Source: Chrysomallon squamiferum
Lineage: Eukaryota > Animalia > Mollusca
Reading direction: 5' to 3'
NCBI GenBank assembly: GCA_012295275.1
Contig: CM022665.1
Span: 310,001 to 374,000, forward strand
DNA length: 64,000 nucleotides
Of the stretch, positions 27,101 through 39,934 are shown piece after piece (the stretch's first letter is position 1; every line of letters starts with the position of its first letter). A model generated the notes under the pieces. The model did no database searches. It was not told where the DNA came from and saw nothing but the letters and a program-made list of their open reading frames with translations. The translations under genes and the position numbers were made by a program.

Positions 27101-29700
27101 ATATATATATAGAATACTCTAATATTAATAAATATTAGTGTATTTGTACTGTAATTAAAGAAATATATTTTAATATTATTATTTTAATCTACTGAGTACA
27201 TGAAAATATTATAAATGTTTGTATTTGTCTATCAGAAAATATTTCTAGATTTATGAAGAGTAAGTTAAAGTAATAAAATGGAACTCATTTAAAAATAACA
27301 ACATTTAGAAATTGTTTATTCAAATCTTAGTTGGTCTTATTAAGGCATAAGACATAGGAAGTTATTATATGAGAAAAGTTTATGAACATTTTAATAACAG
27401 TTTTCTATATATAGTAATTTATGTCTGTAAATATTCATTTATGTCTATAGATATATGTCTATTTTGTAAATGTATGAAACTGGTTTCAATATTACTTTCT
27501 TGTTTACACTGTGTAAATTTTCACAGCTAATAACGATTTAATTTAGACCTTCGATTTAATTTAGTGAAAAGAGTTTAATAACATGACCAGTGTTTGAAAT
27601 ATTTATTAACATATTTCATTATATTCAGATAAAAGAGAAAACAAACGTTTTTTTTATTTATTATAAACGACAACCAACAGGTCGCAAATACTGAAGTATC
27701 TCATTATCACCCTTCTTCAGTATCGTGTATAGAGTGAGTGTTCAGACAAACATTTAAAATTGTCAGCTTTATTTTGATAACATTAGGAAATATTTCCGTG
27801 TTGTTTCTTTTTTTTCCGAAACCGAAACCTCTATTTTTACGACTAAAATATTTCCGGTAACGTTCGAGAAAAATCAAAGGGAAAAATCGATGTGTTTATC
27901 AGTGTGTTTGAGCTGTCATTTACATAAGTCATCTGATTAGGAATTTAGGTAAGTTAATAAACATTTTAATGTTTTCTTCATCCAGTAAAGAGATATTAAT
28001 GAAACTAATTTTAATTTTTCTTCCAAGTTTCATAGCACATATCGAAGCTTTTCTAGTCGATTTCATTCAATACAAACACTTATATAAAAAGCACATTCGA
28101 TTTAGTTGAAGGAGATGAATAACAGGACCAATATATGAAATAAAAATTACACATTTACCTACCTTCAAATCGACATTATTTTGTATTTGTTAGGAGCGAC
28201 AACGAAAAGGTCACAAATATTGACCCGTTTGTGTCGCCCACTTCTTGAATATTTTTCTCGGTAACTTAGGAGTGTATAGAGTAAGTACTAAGACAAATAT
28301 TTAAAATATTTAGCTTTTTGTTACTAACATTATAAAATATTTCCGTGTTATTCTTTTCTTTTGTGAAACTGAAACCTGTATTATGCCTAACAAGATTTAA
28401 GTTAACAGTGTAGAAAGCATTTGATAATTTTTTTAAATTAAATTTTATTTAATTAATTATTTTATCTAGTTTTGTTTATATGTATCTTTCTAAATAAATT
28501 ATATTTTATTCTACAAAAAATGCACATATTTTATTTAAATTACGACTAAGTACATCATTTACATGACAAAAGTTCTTGTATATAATTTTCCTATATGAAT
28601 AAAACGTATTCAGATTTCAATAAACATTTTTTAAGTCTTTTTATTATGACATTTTCTTATTGGGCGGTGAGAAAAGCTGCTGTTAGACACAATATAAACA
28701 GTTTACAATTTAGCAGGTAGGTTCTGTATATTCAGAATTGCATACATAATCTCTTATTGGGCGGTGAGAAAAACTGCTGTTAGACACAATATAAACAGTT
28801 TACAATTTTGCAGGTAGGCTCTGTATATTCAGAATTGCATACATAATCTCTTCTTGTTATTGTGATCAGTTGTATTCCTGTCAGAATTGGTTTTATGGAC
28901 AATGTACAGGAAATTCCAAAGATTCGAACCTGAATATTCAAACAAAACAAACTGCAATAGCTGTAATAAAAATAAAGATTAGTGTATGTTTATTATAATT
29001 AAAGTAATATATTTTAATATTATTATATTTTATACACGGCAAATGAGTATGCTGTAAATGAAAATAATAAAATATTTATATTTGTCTATTCAGCAAACTA
29101 TAGATAAATCAATAGTTTAATAAATAAATAAATAAATAACATAATGTGTGTTGCGTGTATTGTGATATTTATCTGATTAGCGGTTCAGCGGAAAGTCGCC
29201 CAGTTTATTTATAACCCTTTTTTCAACGTTACTTGAGTCACGTGATCGTTACAATATAGTGACGACCCGGAAACGTTTTTTTGTCTGTTTTTAATATATC
29301 GATGTGTTTGAGTCGTTCTTTACGGAAATATTTCGATTAGTTAAGTTAATAAAAAAAAATAATGTATGAAAGGGATTTGAATATTACTTCCTTGTTTACG
29401 TTGTGCAAATTTTCGAAGATAATAACGAAATTTCTCTCGGCGATTTTTGAAATAGTAATTAGCTTTTAAATAGTTCTTCTATCTTCAGATAATACATAAA
29501 ATAACCTTCTTTTATATTTATTACGAGCGACAACGTAAAAGTAACACACTTCTTCAGTATCGTTTTTAATAATAGTTTTGAGTGTATAAAATAAGCGGTA
29601 AAACAAATATTTAAAGTTACTAGCTTTCTGTTGCTAAAGTTATAAAATATTCCGCGTTGTTTCGATCTTTTGTGAAACTGAAACTTGTACGGACGAAAAT
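24167..29700 (+). repeat. Third copy of the upstream block (direct to about 38800-46080, inverted to about 750-8480), with deletions
   Basis: e.g. 25850-26090 = 40430-40670 = reverse complement of 6565-6810. Confidence 0.9.
25050..25352 (+). pseudogene. Remnant of IAP pre-RING exon end with donor
   Basis: aaatctgaaggacggag...gccactgtag|gtatattgtag, homologous to 19279-19352. Confidence 0.6.
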
Positions 29701-29720
29701 ACTACACGAAATTTATATAT

Positions 29721-29755
<35 letters not shown>

Positions 29756-29797
29756 TATCATGGTAGATCAGATAATTTATTAACATCAGAATTACAG

Positions 29798-30570
29798 GTT
29801 TAATCCGTGAACTGATGAAAATCATGGTACAGAGAACTTGTTCGCCATTAAATGCACTTGAAAACATCAGAATAGAAGGTGCGGACAATAGAATTTTCTT
29901 TCTACAAATTTGTAAATTTAATAGTTATCGAAAGATGATGAAAGATAACATAAAGTTGTAACAAGGAAACACATTATTACACGATTAAACCTTAGTAGTT
30001 TAGTTTCATACCTTATGTAACAAGTTCATCACCTGTTTCATTTAAATAAAATTACTGAAAAATGCATTACCTGTTTCTAATGTAAAATCATAATAGTGTG
30101 ACGAACCACACTTCACAGATGTTAATTATTAAATGTTTGTTTTAATATCATGTTACTGAACTTACAGAGCCAAGTGATAAGCAGGTGAACATGACTGACA
30201 AGAACATTGAGTCGTCAGGTACTTTTTTACCTTGTTTAACGTAAATGATAAAATGATTGTCATAAAATTAATCTTCTAATCTCAGTGAGTGCTACATAAA
30301 TATAATGGGGAAGAAATAATTATTTTGTTAGAAACGTAAGGTGATGTTAATTTTTCACATTTTATTTGTATTCATTTTTCTGAAATTACAGGTTTAACCC
30401 GTGAACTACTGAAAATCATGCTTCAGAAAATTCGTTCTCTATTACATTCGGTTGGAAACATCACAATAGAAGGTATATAAAATTTAAATTTTATATATAT
30501 ACATATATATTATGTTTTTTTAAAGAATTCAAAATAATTAACCGATGTTTTTTTTTAATGTTAAAATTAC

Positions 30571-30614
<44 letters not shown>

Positions 30615-31150
30615 GAAAAGGCTTAACATGAAATATATTAATAATTTATACATTGTGCAAAATAATATAACTTTTATCCTCACTGTCATCATAAGATTAT
30701 TCAAGTTTTATATGAAAACCTTCTTCAGGTAAGTAGATAATTAAATTTAACCATAATGCTAAACCTCACCCTAACAGTAACCCTAACACTAAACATAACC
30801 CTGATGCTAACATTAACCCTAAACCTTACCCTAGATATAATCTTACTTCTAGCAATATGATAAATTGACCAATGTTATACCAACAATCCTAATAAACTTT
30901 CCCAAGTTAATATTTTGAAATAAAAGTTGTTTTAATTTTTACACCATGTTATATACGAAAACTCCATTGAGGTAAACAGATAATTTAATTTAACCCTATT
31001 GCTAACCCTAATCCTAATAGATAATCTAATCCTAACCCTAGCTGTGTTAATCTGTTTTAAAATGTTTTAACGATGAGATGAACTTTAATTCACCTGGGAA
31101 TCATGTAACAAAGAATATGAGTTGATTTGTTTGAGTTTCACACTAAGAAT
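29798..31150 (+). pseudogene. Internally deleted IAP relic: exon A (29798-29878), exon B (30168-30218), exon A (30392-30472), then RING stop/3' UTR stub (about 31043-31150)
   Basis: Exons of 81, 51 and 81 nt, all phase 1/1 and open: GLIRELMKIMVQRTCSPLNALENIRIE / EPSDKQVNMTDKNIESS / GLTRELLKIMLQKIRSLLHSVGNITIE; tgtgttaatctg...gatttgtttgagtttcacactaa matches 20304-20430. Confidence 0.7.
30748..31040 (+). repeat. Two patches of degenerate (TAACCC)n telomere-like repeat
   Basis: ccctaacagtaaccctaacactaaacataaccctgatgctaacattaaccctaaaccttaccct (30769-30832); gctaaccctaatcctaa...cctaacccta (31001-31040). Confidence 0.6.
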
Positions 31151-31954
31151 TTCAAGTTTCTTTCGTTTTTTAGTTACATGCTCAGGTCTAGCATTTTAGT
31201 TTAGTATTTCATAGAACAACTAATTAATTTTGAAATACAATTTTAAAATAATAATAATAATAATAGAAATGTATATATAGATATACACATTAAAAGAGTA
31301 GGTAATACATATTTTCTTTACTGTGTCCAAACCAATAATAAAGATAACTATTGTTGTTCAGTCAAGTTTTTGTCGACTGGTAAAATAAATTTTTGAACAG
31401 TTTTATGATAAACCGTATTGTCATAGATAACAACTTTTGTAAATTATTTCATTCGGCAGTTTAGTTCTCTTATATTAAAAAAATAATAATAACCATCTAA
31501 ATTATATTTATTTGCAGAGTAATAATTTGTTTAAAATATTGTTTTACTGTTGTTCATTGTAGACATTTTTCCAAAGAAATAAACTATTAAACCAATGAAA
31601 TCATATTTTTCAGTTATTATCTATGTTAGACTATCTATGTAAAAATCTAAATTACATAATCATCTAAGCTTATGGGAAATTCTCAATAACTGTGTATTTA
31701 GGAATGAATATTCTGCTCTATCAGATCAAGTCTCATTATATTAATTCCGTCTGCACGAATCTAAAGGTTTTTGTCACAGAGAGAAAGAAAAATATTCGTA
31801 AAATTAACTTCGCTTTCTGCAAACCTGTTACTAAATCCATTATAAAGTAAATATCAGCATATGAAAAATTATTCAGATTAACGTGACCCAAACTGTTTCA
31901 TTCTTAGTAAATCTGGTCGAACATCTTAGCCATTTGACATCTATATTGGCATTT

Positions 31955-32093
<139 letters not shown>

Positions 32094-32394
32094 CACATTT
32101 TGTCCTGTTACGTTTTGTCATATGCGATTCCACTTGAACAAACCTGATTCGTGGATCGGATTTAAGGAAAGGGTTGAAGGTTAATGATCTTATCATTAGT
32201 AGAGTATAATCTTACAACAGTATGTACGGATAATAAAGCGGTTATTTCAGAAACAAGGTTACAGGATACGCCGAGACATTTTCCCAGCATGGCTAACAGC
32301 TGTGTGAGTGGGTGGTGCTGGTCTGGTATGACTGCAGCCTTCTTGTCCGTCGTTGTCGTCTTTTCTGTCCACTTCAAAGGCAACGAATTGAATA

Positions 32395-32458
<64 letters not shown>

Positions 32459-32844
32459 GTTTTAAATATTTGCGACACTTATTTTTAACGTAACCTAAAC
32501 ATATTTAATGACGAGTTGAATTTAAAAAGTTGTATAAAATATACAAAATATACTTAGAAATGTTGATTTTTCAAATATCACTATAAGGTAATGCCGGCTA
32601 ACTTTTAAATGCTCCGTATATGTTGCATACACGGTACATGTTTTCATTCAGTATATGAAATTTTAATATTAATTTTTATACGTGCTGAAACAACAGAACC
32701 CTAAAAATGATAAATTAATGTCCTGTTTGAGTGATGCAGGATCAATGAGAGAGAGCTCAAAAGCTGGGACTGTCCTTTACAGAATATCGTGTCAACAGAC
32801 GTTGATATGCGGATATTCAGCGTTCTTTTCACTGACTACTACTT

Positions 32845-32918
<74 letters not shown>

Positions 32919-33692
32919 GAAGATGATGATAATAATAATAATAGTAATAAAAAATAATAATAAAAACAATAATAGTAAGATGAAGAAGAAGAAGAAATAA
33001 TAGTAGTAGTAATACTGTTAGTAGCAATAACGGTAATAACAATAATAATAATAATAACAACAACAATTTAAAAATACAAAATTTAACTATCGATTTTCTC
33101 TTCATATAAAAATTAGTATTTAAAATTGGATTTGCTGAACTCTTACATTATCTGGGTACAAATAAAGTGACAGCTAATCATGACATCCTTCTGTTTTGTG
33201 TGGAAGTTTTCAAGCTGCTATTGGCAATCTGATATATGTACACATACAAACTGTTTTTTCTAAAGCGGTTTTCATTGTTTTTCTGTTTATTCTCAGCTCA
33301 GTCTTTCGTAAATAAAAAAGTAGGGTACAAAAGGTAAGTTCACATATACAGCTAACAAATAGCCTGGCTTACAATAACGTAGTTGTGACATTGAAAATGT
33401 TACTATCATAATCGCAAAACAGCGGAGTTGTTTTCGGCACAAATACAATAGTTTAACGGAAAGGTTAGCGTTTAGTCGTCACAGTTCATAATCACATTCA
33501 TTAAAACTGTTCATAGCCTTAAAATTAACTTTTAAAAATTTCATACCAGTAGCTACCTTCTAATTTGTTAATATTTTGTAAAATTGACTACAACCGCTTA
33601 ATATAGTTCGTATTCTGTTTACCTCATATTTCGATCAACCACTGCAAAGCAAATGACGTGTTTTTAAGTATAAATTTTAATTTTAATTTTAG

Positions 33693-33870
33693 GAATTATG
33701 CTGCAATTATCAAACGTCCGTAAGTTAGATACGATCCATATACTCAGTCTGTGCAGAAGCTGAACAACAAGGACATGTTACACTGCGTGGCACGTAATCT
33801 CAAAGGAGAACTCGAAGTACTCCAACACGCCATCGATCGGATACAGTCGTTTAACCTCGACTCCCGATGA
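33693..33870 (+). pseudogene. Terminal exon of a biopterin-dependent aromatic amino acid hydroxylase (TH/TPH/PAH family), disrupted
   Basis: ttttag|g aat tat...: (R)NYAAIIKRP*VRYDPYTQSVQKLNNKDMLHCVARNLKGELEVLQHAIDRIQSFNLDSR*; matches family motif RPFxVRYDPYTQ plus C-terminal tetramerisation helix; phase-2 intron at the Arg; TAA at 33721-33723. Confidence 0.85.
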
Positions 33871-34283
33871 CGTCACTGGACGTAACATCCCGGAGATATC
33901 TCATCTACGTCACTGGATATGTTTTATTATATCTCCATTAACAGACAGATACGTAGATGACGTCATGAGAAAAACATCCAAATTACAAACATCGAGCGTA
34001 TAAATATGCATATTGTTGTTGTTTCCTATAATATTATTATCATAGTTTTGTTTTAAGGATAACATTTATTCATTAAAATACTAGATTGAATACGTAGATT
34101 TACAGAGAGTGTGTAAATAAACAGTGATTTTATGTATGATGTTTGTCTAATTGTAATTCAATACACACTGCATAGCTACTTCACATACACACCCACACAT
34201 TTTCATATATTCATTTATATCTACCTATATTTACCACCATAAAAAAGTATACATACATTCAGATAAAACTGTTTATATATATA

Positions 34284-34348
<65 letters not shown>

Positions 34349-35909
34349 TACATACATGTTGCATATTACTATAAATATATATTTAATCTGTATGTTATTT
34401 ATAGTGGGACACAACACTAAAACCACGCATGAAACTGCCTAATAAATTATTTACTTTAAATTAACTGCACACGAAGACACACGCGCACATACATACAAAC
34501 ATACAGCCACATACCCTTATTATTTTACATTTACGTATAAGATGTAACTTCCTTTGAATAACCTGGAGTTGTTTTATTGTTATCATATTTTATTATTAAT
34601 AAAGAATGAGAACCACTGAACAATCGTGTCGACACATATTTGATTACATATTTTCATGGCAAATTAAATATATTAAAGCATTTGGTTTGTACTGCCATGG
34701 GTTCATTCTAGTAAGATAATCTCTTGTAAATGTACGATGTACATAATTATATAGCAGTGGATTTATTCGTTAACCCACGTACCCTCTTTAACAGTAAACA
34801 AAAAAATGTACGAGAAATTAATACAGATATACATGCGAGACCCCACAGTACAAAGCATTCATGACCCATTGAAATGTATATCTCTCAAATCAGTAGAAGT
34901 CTACTTTAACATAATAGGTTATAAATATATACAGCAGTGTATTCAAAACAATAATAAAAGTAACTACTGGTGTTCAGTCAAGTGTTTGTTCACTGGTAGA
35001 TTTAATTTTTGAATAGTTTTATGATAAGAATGATACATTGCAAAAAGTATTATTTTAGTGTTGTTCATTGTAGAAAACTGTAACAAGAAATAAAATAGTT
35101 TGAAAAAATAAAAATGTCGTGTTCTTATGTTACGAATGATATATTTCTATGTTATTATTTCCCTCATCATTATCATAATTATTATTATTATTGTTAACAA
35201 AAATTAACATTATTATTGTAATTGTTGTTGCTATTGTTATTATTATTATCGTTATTGTTATTGTTGATACTTGATGTACCTTACATACATTACTGAATAG
35301 TGTGCGTGTGTGTGTGTGCGTGTGTGTGAGAAAGAGATAATAAATTATATGATCACGCTAACTAACTTTATGTATTTGTTTGTTTGTTATTTTAAGTGTT
35401 TTACAATTACAGTTAAAATGGTTTTATTTTATAAATTACAAATGATTATGAGGATGGGAAACCGGGCTCTTTTATAAAAAAGCTAAGTTCTTTGTTGTTT
35501 TTCTTATTTTCTTTTTACTTCCTTTCTGCCCTAAAAATGTGTCGCATTAATCACTTTTATTTTTCTTTACTTCTCTGATTTATTGTTATTATTATTATTA
35601 TTATAATTTTATTTTATTTTATGTTGTTCGTCTTCCTTTTTAAATTTTCTTTCGTTGAAGATGTCACAATTAAAAATAATTAACCGATATTTTTAAAACA
35701 AGTTCAAATTAAATACAATAAGGAGAGAATACAGTTGTCAGTATATAGGTTCTAATTTAATCAATACAAACCATCATCATAATTATTATTATTATGGTTG
35801 TTGTTGTTATCGTTATTGCTGTTGTTCTTGTTGTTGTTATTTTTGTTATTATTATTATTATTGTTATTGCTATTGTTATTATTGCTGTTGTTGTAGTTGT
35901 TGCTGTTAC

Positions 35910-36042
35910 CAGGGTCGTATCTAGGATTCATAAATTGCGCTGATGTTAAGATCAGGTAACTTTACCATAAAATCAGCTCAGAAATATCAATGAAGTTTAA
36001 TAGAAAGTGCTCCGTGGGCCCCACCCTTCAGGCTACGCCCTG
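35910..36042. mobile_element. Small MITE-like element with imperfect TIRs
   Basis: Starts cagggtcgtatc, ends ggctacgccctg (reverse complement cagggcgtagcc); partial relatives near 2335-2410, 9745-9850, 44415-44490; no TSD evident. Confidence 0.35.
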
Positions 36043-36133
36043 TGCACGTGCGATACTTGATACACCTTACATACATTATTGAGTATTATTTTTGTGTATG
36101 TTCTTGTGTGTGTATGTATCTATGTATGTGCGT

Positions 36134-36175
<42 letters not shown>

Positions 36176-36366
36176 TAATAAATTACATGACCAAGCTAAA
36201 TAACTTTATATATTTGTTTGTTTATTTCAAAATGTTTATTTGTTTGTTTTTTTTTATTATATTTTCTTTTTCCTTGTTTTCTACCTTAAAAATGACTCCT
36301 GTTAATTAGATACCTTTTTATTTTCCTTTAATTCTCTTATTTATTATTATTAACATTATTATTAAC

Positions 36367-36399
<33 letters not shown>

Positions 36400-38926
36400 T
36401 TATTATTATTATTATTATTATTATTTTAATACTTGGTCAAGAGACGTGTTTATTTTTGCTGTTCGTCTTCCTTTTAAAATTTCTTTCGTTGGGGAAAATG
36501 TCGAAATTAAGAATAATTAACCAATGTTTTTAAAACAAGTTAAAACTGCAATACATATAATAAGGAGAGAATATCTTGTGAATATATATGGTTCTAATTT
36601 AAACAATACAAAGTTGTTGTTGTTTTTTTCAACATATTTTAGACTGTACTGAACAATTCAACAAAATAATATATGATATGTAACGATTTTAATTTGGTAC
36701 TAACTATACAAACTTACTTACCTATAAACCATCTGAAATCACAACAAAAAATTACTAAGAACTTGAAAGTACACGATTTAAAAGATCTATTGAGAAAACT
36801 GTATTCTAATCTTCTAAAATAAAAAAAGAATATCAGTAACAAGAAAAAAAGAACTTTTAAAAAGCTATACTAGACTTATCATCTAGCAATCTGATGTACA
36901 AAAAGTGTAACAGAAAATAATTATCATTTGGTCGTCTCGGTTATACTTTTAAATTTAAACTTTAGTCAATTTAAAAAAGATGAAGTAGAGTGGAAATTTA
37001 ATAACTTATTATTATTAATTCTTTGTTAAATAAATAAAAGGAAAAAAAAACAACAAAAAACAATAAAATAAAAATAACGAGTTTGTACGCGGTGCCAGTC
37101 TATAACTTAGAAGACTTTGCAACCCCGAAAAATGAAATCAAGTTTTCAATCAAAAATCATTTCAGAAATGTTGCTAATGTAAATAAGAGCATACATTCAT
37201 CTTTCTCTGTATTTAAGAAAAAGAAAAAAAGAAGTAAATATAAATAAATAAATAAATAATGTTTGCGCCTACGTCAACTTTTACTAGAATAAAATATAAT
37301 GTACTCAGGTAAATAAATAAATAAATAAATAAATAATAAGTTAAGTTAAATTAAATTAAATTAAATTAAACTAAACTAAATTAAATTAAATAATGTTTGT
37401 TAACTCGATTATGATATTTTTCTTATTAGCGGTTCAAAGTCGCCAAGTTTATTTATATCACTTTGTACACGTAATTTCAGTCACGTGATCGTTACGACAT
37501 AGAAACGACCCATCTAACGTATCGGTGTGTCTGAGCTGTTCTTTACGGAAATAATTTGATTCGGAATTTAGGTAAGTTTACAAAACATTTAATAACGGTG
37601 TTATGTACCTAGTAAGTTATGAGATTATTCTTAATAGCAGTTAGATTTCTGGAATTTACCAAGTTTATTTATATCACTTTTGTACACGTAATTTGAGAAC
37701 GTGATCGTTACGAGGTCGAGAAAACCAGTATACACTGCGTTGTGTATATTTTAATATATAGAAGAGTTTGAGCTGTTCTTTACAGAAACAAGGTTACTAG
37801 GAATTTAAGCAAGTTTATAAATATTTTAATAAAAGTTTTCTCTATCTAATAATTTATGCCTGTAAATATATATTTATTTCGGTAGATAGATTTATGTTTT
37901 TTGGAAATGTATGAAACTGATTTTAACATTACTTCCTTGTTTACTTTGTGTAAATTTTCACAGCTAATAACGAAGCTTTTCTCGTCGATTTTATTCGATT
38001 CAGTGAGTGAGGTAAATTATGCGATTTTATAGGTAATAGGCACGTGGACCTTGGATTTAGTTAATAGTTTAATAACATGACCTGTGTTTGAAATAATAAT
38101 TAGGTTTTAACATATATTATTATATTCAGATAATTTGTTACAAACGGCACCAGAAGGTCATAAATATTGACCCGTTTCTGTCCCTACACTTTTGAATATC
38201 ATTTTATAGGAGTTTATAGCGTAAATGCTAAAACAAATATTTAATATTATTAGATTTATGTTGCTAACTTTATAAAATATTTCCGTGTTATTTCTTTCGT
38301 TTCTGAAACCGAAACTTATATTTATGACGAAAATATTTCCTGTAACGTTCGAGAACATAGTACATACTTATACGAGAAATTTAAATTATTAGAATTATAT
38401 ATGTAATGGTTTATTATAATTTATAGACATGTACATTTTATGTATATTTTATTTATGGGACACAATACAAACAGTTTAATGCTTTGCAACTGGGCTCTAT
38501 ATATTCAGACTATCATACATAATCTGTTCTTGTTATTGTTCTACCATTTAGATCAGTTTTATTCCTGTCGCCGTTGGTATTATGTATAATATATAAGAAA
38601 ATCCGAAGATTTAATCGCTGTTGAATAGCAAGTGTATTTAAAGAAAAGAAACTGCAATTCTGTAATATAAATAAAGATAAGTGTATTTACTGTAATGAAA
38701 ATAACATATTATTATATTTTATACGTGTCAAATTAGTCCACTGAGTATGAAATACATGAAAATATCACAAATATTTATATTTGTCTGTCAGAAAACCTTT
38801 CTACATTTATGAAGAGAAAGTTAAAGTAATACAAATATAAGTAATATTATAATAACAACTTTTATTAAGGCAAAAAAAAGTTCACCATTTAAACAATAAA
38901 GCTGGTTAATATTTAGTTAAGTAGAA

Positions 38927-38961
<35 letters not shown>

Positions 38962-39639
38962 GTAAGTTAATAAATAAAATACTTAAATAGATAATGAAAT
39001 GAAATATATAAACAAAGAAATAAAATAAAATAAATGTTTGTTGTCTAGAGTATCAAATTTTTCTGATGGATAATATTTAGCTAACTTTTACTAGAACAAA
39101 ATAGAATGTATTCAACAAAATATAAACAAATAAAATAAATAAGTAATAAAATGAAAAATGGTTGTAGCCTAAGTTATGAGATTATTCTAAACAGCAGTTA
39201 GATTTCTGGAATGTTACCAAGTTGATTTTGTACACGTAAATTGAGACACGTAATCATTACGAGGTCGAAACAACCCGTATACGTTTTATTTTCTGTTTTT
39301 AATATATCGAAGAGTTTGAGCTGTTCTTTATAGAAACAATGTTACTAGGAATTTAAGTAAGTTTACAAAAAAAAAATATTAACAGTTTTCTCTATCTAGT
39401 TATTTATGTCTATAAATATACATTTATTTCTGCAGAGATATTTAAACTTTTTAAATGTATGACACTAATTTAACATTACTTCATTGTTTACGTTGTATAA
39501 AATTTCATAGCTATTCTCGTCCATTTTGTTGGATTCAGTGAGTCATGTAAAACATACTTAGACACTGGATTTAGTTACAGAGTTTAATAACATGACCAGT
39601 ATTTGAAATAATAATTACGTTTTAACATATTAAACTTCT

Positions 39640-39934
39640 ATGAAAGAGATATTGATCTTAATGAAAATAGAAGATGTTACGGTATGTTATTAGAAAAGTA
39701 TAGGTTTACCAAAAAAACATTAGACACATCGCATAGCCCAATATCGGAATATCACAAACAAATTTGAAGATAGAAATATTGAAGAATTTTACGTCCCAGA
39801 AAATGATATTTTAAATGAGTTCGTGTCAACAGAATTAAAATTTACAAAAATCTTATTTCATTTTATTCACAAATCTGAAGGACGGAGTTGCGTTCTAAGT
39901 GAAACAACAAGAAACACAGAACGTGCAACTGTAG
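39640..39934 (+). pseudogene. Remnant of IAP pre-RING exon end with donor
   Basis: ...HKSEGRSCVLSETTRNTERATV|gtatattgtag aligns with KSEETSGEFTDAKNSTKCASE|gtatattgtag at 19279-19352. Confidence 0.6.

Noticed and set aside
32162-32399. GC-richer patch with short ORFs on both strands (also 32682-32840, 16385-16522, 40430-40670)
   Set aside because: No recognisable motif; not the penultimate hydroxylase exon
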